Of a DNA stretch of 35,970 bases, positions 34,620-35,970 are shown piece after piece. The position numbers and the translations under genes were made by a program. The stretch's first letter is position 1. Each line of letters starts with the position of its first letter. The notes beneath the pieces were generated by a model. The model searched no databases. It saw only the letters and a program-made list of their open reading frames with translations, and was not told where the DNA came from. Source of the DNA: an uncultured Pirellulales bacterium. Lineage in GTDB: Bacteria > Planctomycetota > Phycisphaerae > Sedimentisphaerales > Anaerobacaceae. The stretch lies in contig CAYLXD010000004.1 in the NCBI GenBank assembly GCA_964387515.1, positions 1 to 35,970 on the forward strand. The letters are read 5' to 3'.

Positions 34620-35970
34620 GACTGTAACGATTTGTAATCGGCAGTCTCCTGTCCTTGCCGAACGCCTTGGGCGTAATCTTTATCCCTGGCGGCGATTGCC
34701 TCCTCTTGTATTCGTTGCGGTCAACCATCCGAACAACCCGATGCACCACCTCTTGTGGCAGACCCGCCTTGATAAGCTCCTGCGCTGATTTGTCCTCTTC
34801 GACGTAGCCTTTCAGGATCTCATCGAGCAAATCATAATCCGGCAGACTGTCAGTATCTTTCTGGTCCGCTTTTAGTTCGGCACTGGGCGCCCGGCTTAGC
34901 ACACTGGCTGGTATAATCTCTCGACCCCTTATTTTATTTATATGCTCGGCCAATTTATAGACGATAGTTTTAGGAACGTCCTTTATCACCGCAAAGCCAC
35001 CTGCCGTATCGCCGTAGAGCGTAGCGTACCCGACCGCCGTTTCGCTTTTATTGCCGCTTGTAAGTACCAGGGCACCGTATTGATTGCTAAGTGACATCAG
35101 CATAGTGCCGCGAATCCTCGCCTGAAGGTTCTCGTATGCGATGCCTGCGCTGTCCCAGCCCGGTGCAGACCCTAAAGACCGGTTGAATTGCTCAAGTATC
35201 GGCTCAATCGAAATACTCAAAAATTCGATACCCAGATTCTTCGCCACCTTCTCAGCATCAGCTTTTGTCTCGGGACTGTTGAATTTCGAAGGCATTGTAA
35301 CGCCCACAACATTCTCAGCCCCCAGTGCGATAGCGGCGATAGCAGCGGTAACGGATGAATCTACACCTCCGCTAAGGCCCAGCAGGACTTTTTCAAAGCC
35401 GTTCTTTCGTGTGTAATCTCTTGTCCCCAGAATAAGTGCCTGATAAATCTCATCGACCGAATCGCTTGGTTGCGGCGCCTGCGGCGTAATTGGCTCTATT
35501 CGCACGCCTTTGTCGTCTGCTTTTACTTCTGCAATCAGCAAATCTTCCTCGAATGCCTTTGCTGTCGCTGCGATTTTGCCGTTTGAGTCCGTTATCATAC
35601 TTCGCCCGTCAAAGACTATCTCATCCTGACCTCCGACAAGATTGCAATACGACACGGCACAATGGAACTTTCTTGCGCACCCCCCGAGCAGCGTTTTTCT
35701 CTGTTCCATCTTATCCGTATGGAAGGGCGACGCCGATATATTGACAATCAGCCGGATTGGTCCTGCGCTTTTGAGAAAACTGCTGAGCCATTTGATGTCC
35801 CAGATGTCCCGGCAGACAGTAACAGCAACTTTTATCCACCGTCCGTTTGGCGGACTCACATCTTTTATATTGATGGTAACCGTCTCGCTGCCCGCCTGAA
35901 AGTATCTCGCCTCATCGAATACGCCGTAATTAGGTAGCTGTGCCTTTCGGTAAACCTTGGATATACGCCC
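34606..35970 (-). CDS. nadE: Glutamine-dependent NAD+ synthetase, 5' end beyond the window
   Basis: LGLSGGVDSS is the SGGxDS PP-loop. The upstream CN-hydrolase part includes VAVTVCRDIW. The frame stays open to position 35970: GRISKVYRKAQLPNYGVFDEARYF precedes the track's GTG at 35859. Confidence 0.9.
   Translation of the reverse strand, partial: GRISKVYRKAQLPNYGVFDEARYFQAGSETVTINIKDVSPPNGRWIKVAVTVCRDIWDIKWLSSFLKSAGPIRLIVNISASPFHTDKMEQRKTLLGGCARKFHCAVSYCNLVGGQDEIVFDGRSMITDSNGKIAATAKAFEEDLLIAEVKADDKGVRIEPITPQAPQPSDSVDEIYQALILGTRDYTRKNGFEKVLLGLSGGVDSSVTAAIAAIALGAENVVGVTMPSKFNSPETKADAEKVAKNLGIEFLSISIEPILEQFNRSLGSAPGWDSAGIAYENLQARIRGTMLMSLSNQYGALVLTSGNKSETAVGYATLYGDTAGGFAVIKDVPKTIVYKLAEHINKIRGREIIPASVLSRAPSAELKADQKDTDSLPDYDLLDEILKGYVEEDKSAQELIKAGLPQEVVHRVVRMVDRNEYKRRQSPPGIKITPKAFGKDRRLPITNRYSQNPR

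Overview
The window is dominated by a roughly 29 kb Wzx/Wzy-dependent heteropolysaccharide (O-antigen or capsule-like) locus, almost all on the + strand (350..28781). In order it carries: GDP-L-fucose genes (gmd, fcl); a DUF2723 GT-C membrane glycosyltransferase; a DegT aminotransferase with a 2-epimerase; wzx; a visibly AT-rich variable core (FkbM-like genes, a second divergent gmd paralogue, GT4, wzy, GT2); and a second wecB. A tightly packed operon follows: MDR-ADH::Gfo/Idh/MocA fusion, signal-less heparinase II/III-like protein, WbuB-like GT4, DUF3473 deacetylase, SAM methyltransferase, GNAT and phosphoglycosyl transferase. It ends in a KamA-family radical-SAM aminomutase whose lysine-binding Asp positions look substituted. 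Downstream lie a secreted TIGR03790-like protein and a minus-strand operon (VanZ-like, Dpm1-like GT2, STELLO-like GT) that contains a CGGTTGCG/CGCAACCG motif array. Then come a divergent LAB_N membrane protein plus a SagB-nitroreductase::DJ-1 fusion, and the 3' part of glutamine-dependent nadE, which runs off the window. I saw no rRNA, tRNA, CRISPR array, transposase or integrase. The best candidates for undescribed biology are the KamA-like aminomutase in a glycan operon, the cytoplasmic heparinase-like enzyme, the polyprenyl-phosphate-sugar/STELLO module with its structured intergenic element, and the SagB::DJ-1 fusion. All functional calls come from recognising motifs by eye in the supplied translations; no searches were run. 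The gene families are compatible with a PVC-type or other environmental lineage, but taxonomy cannot be established here.
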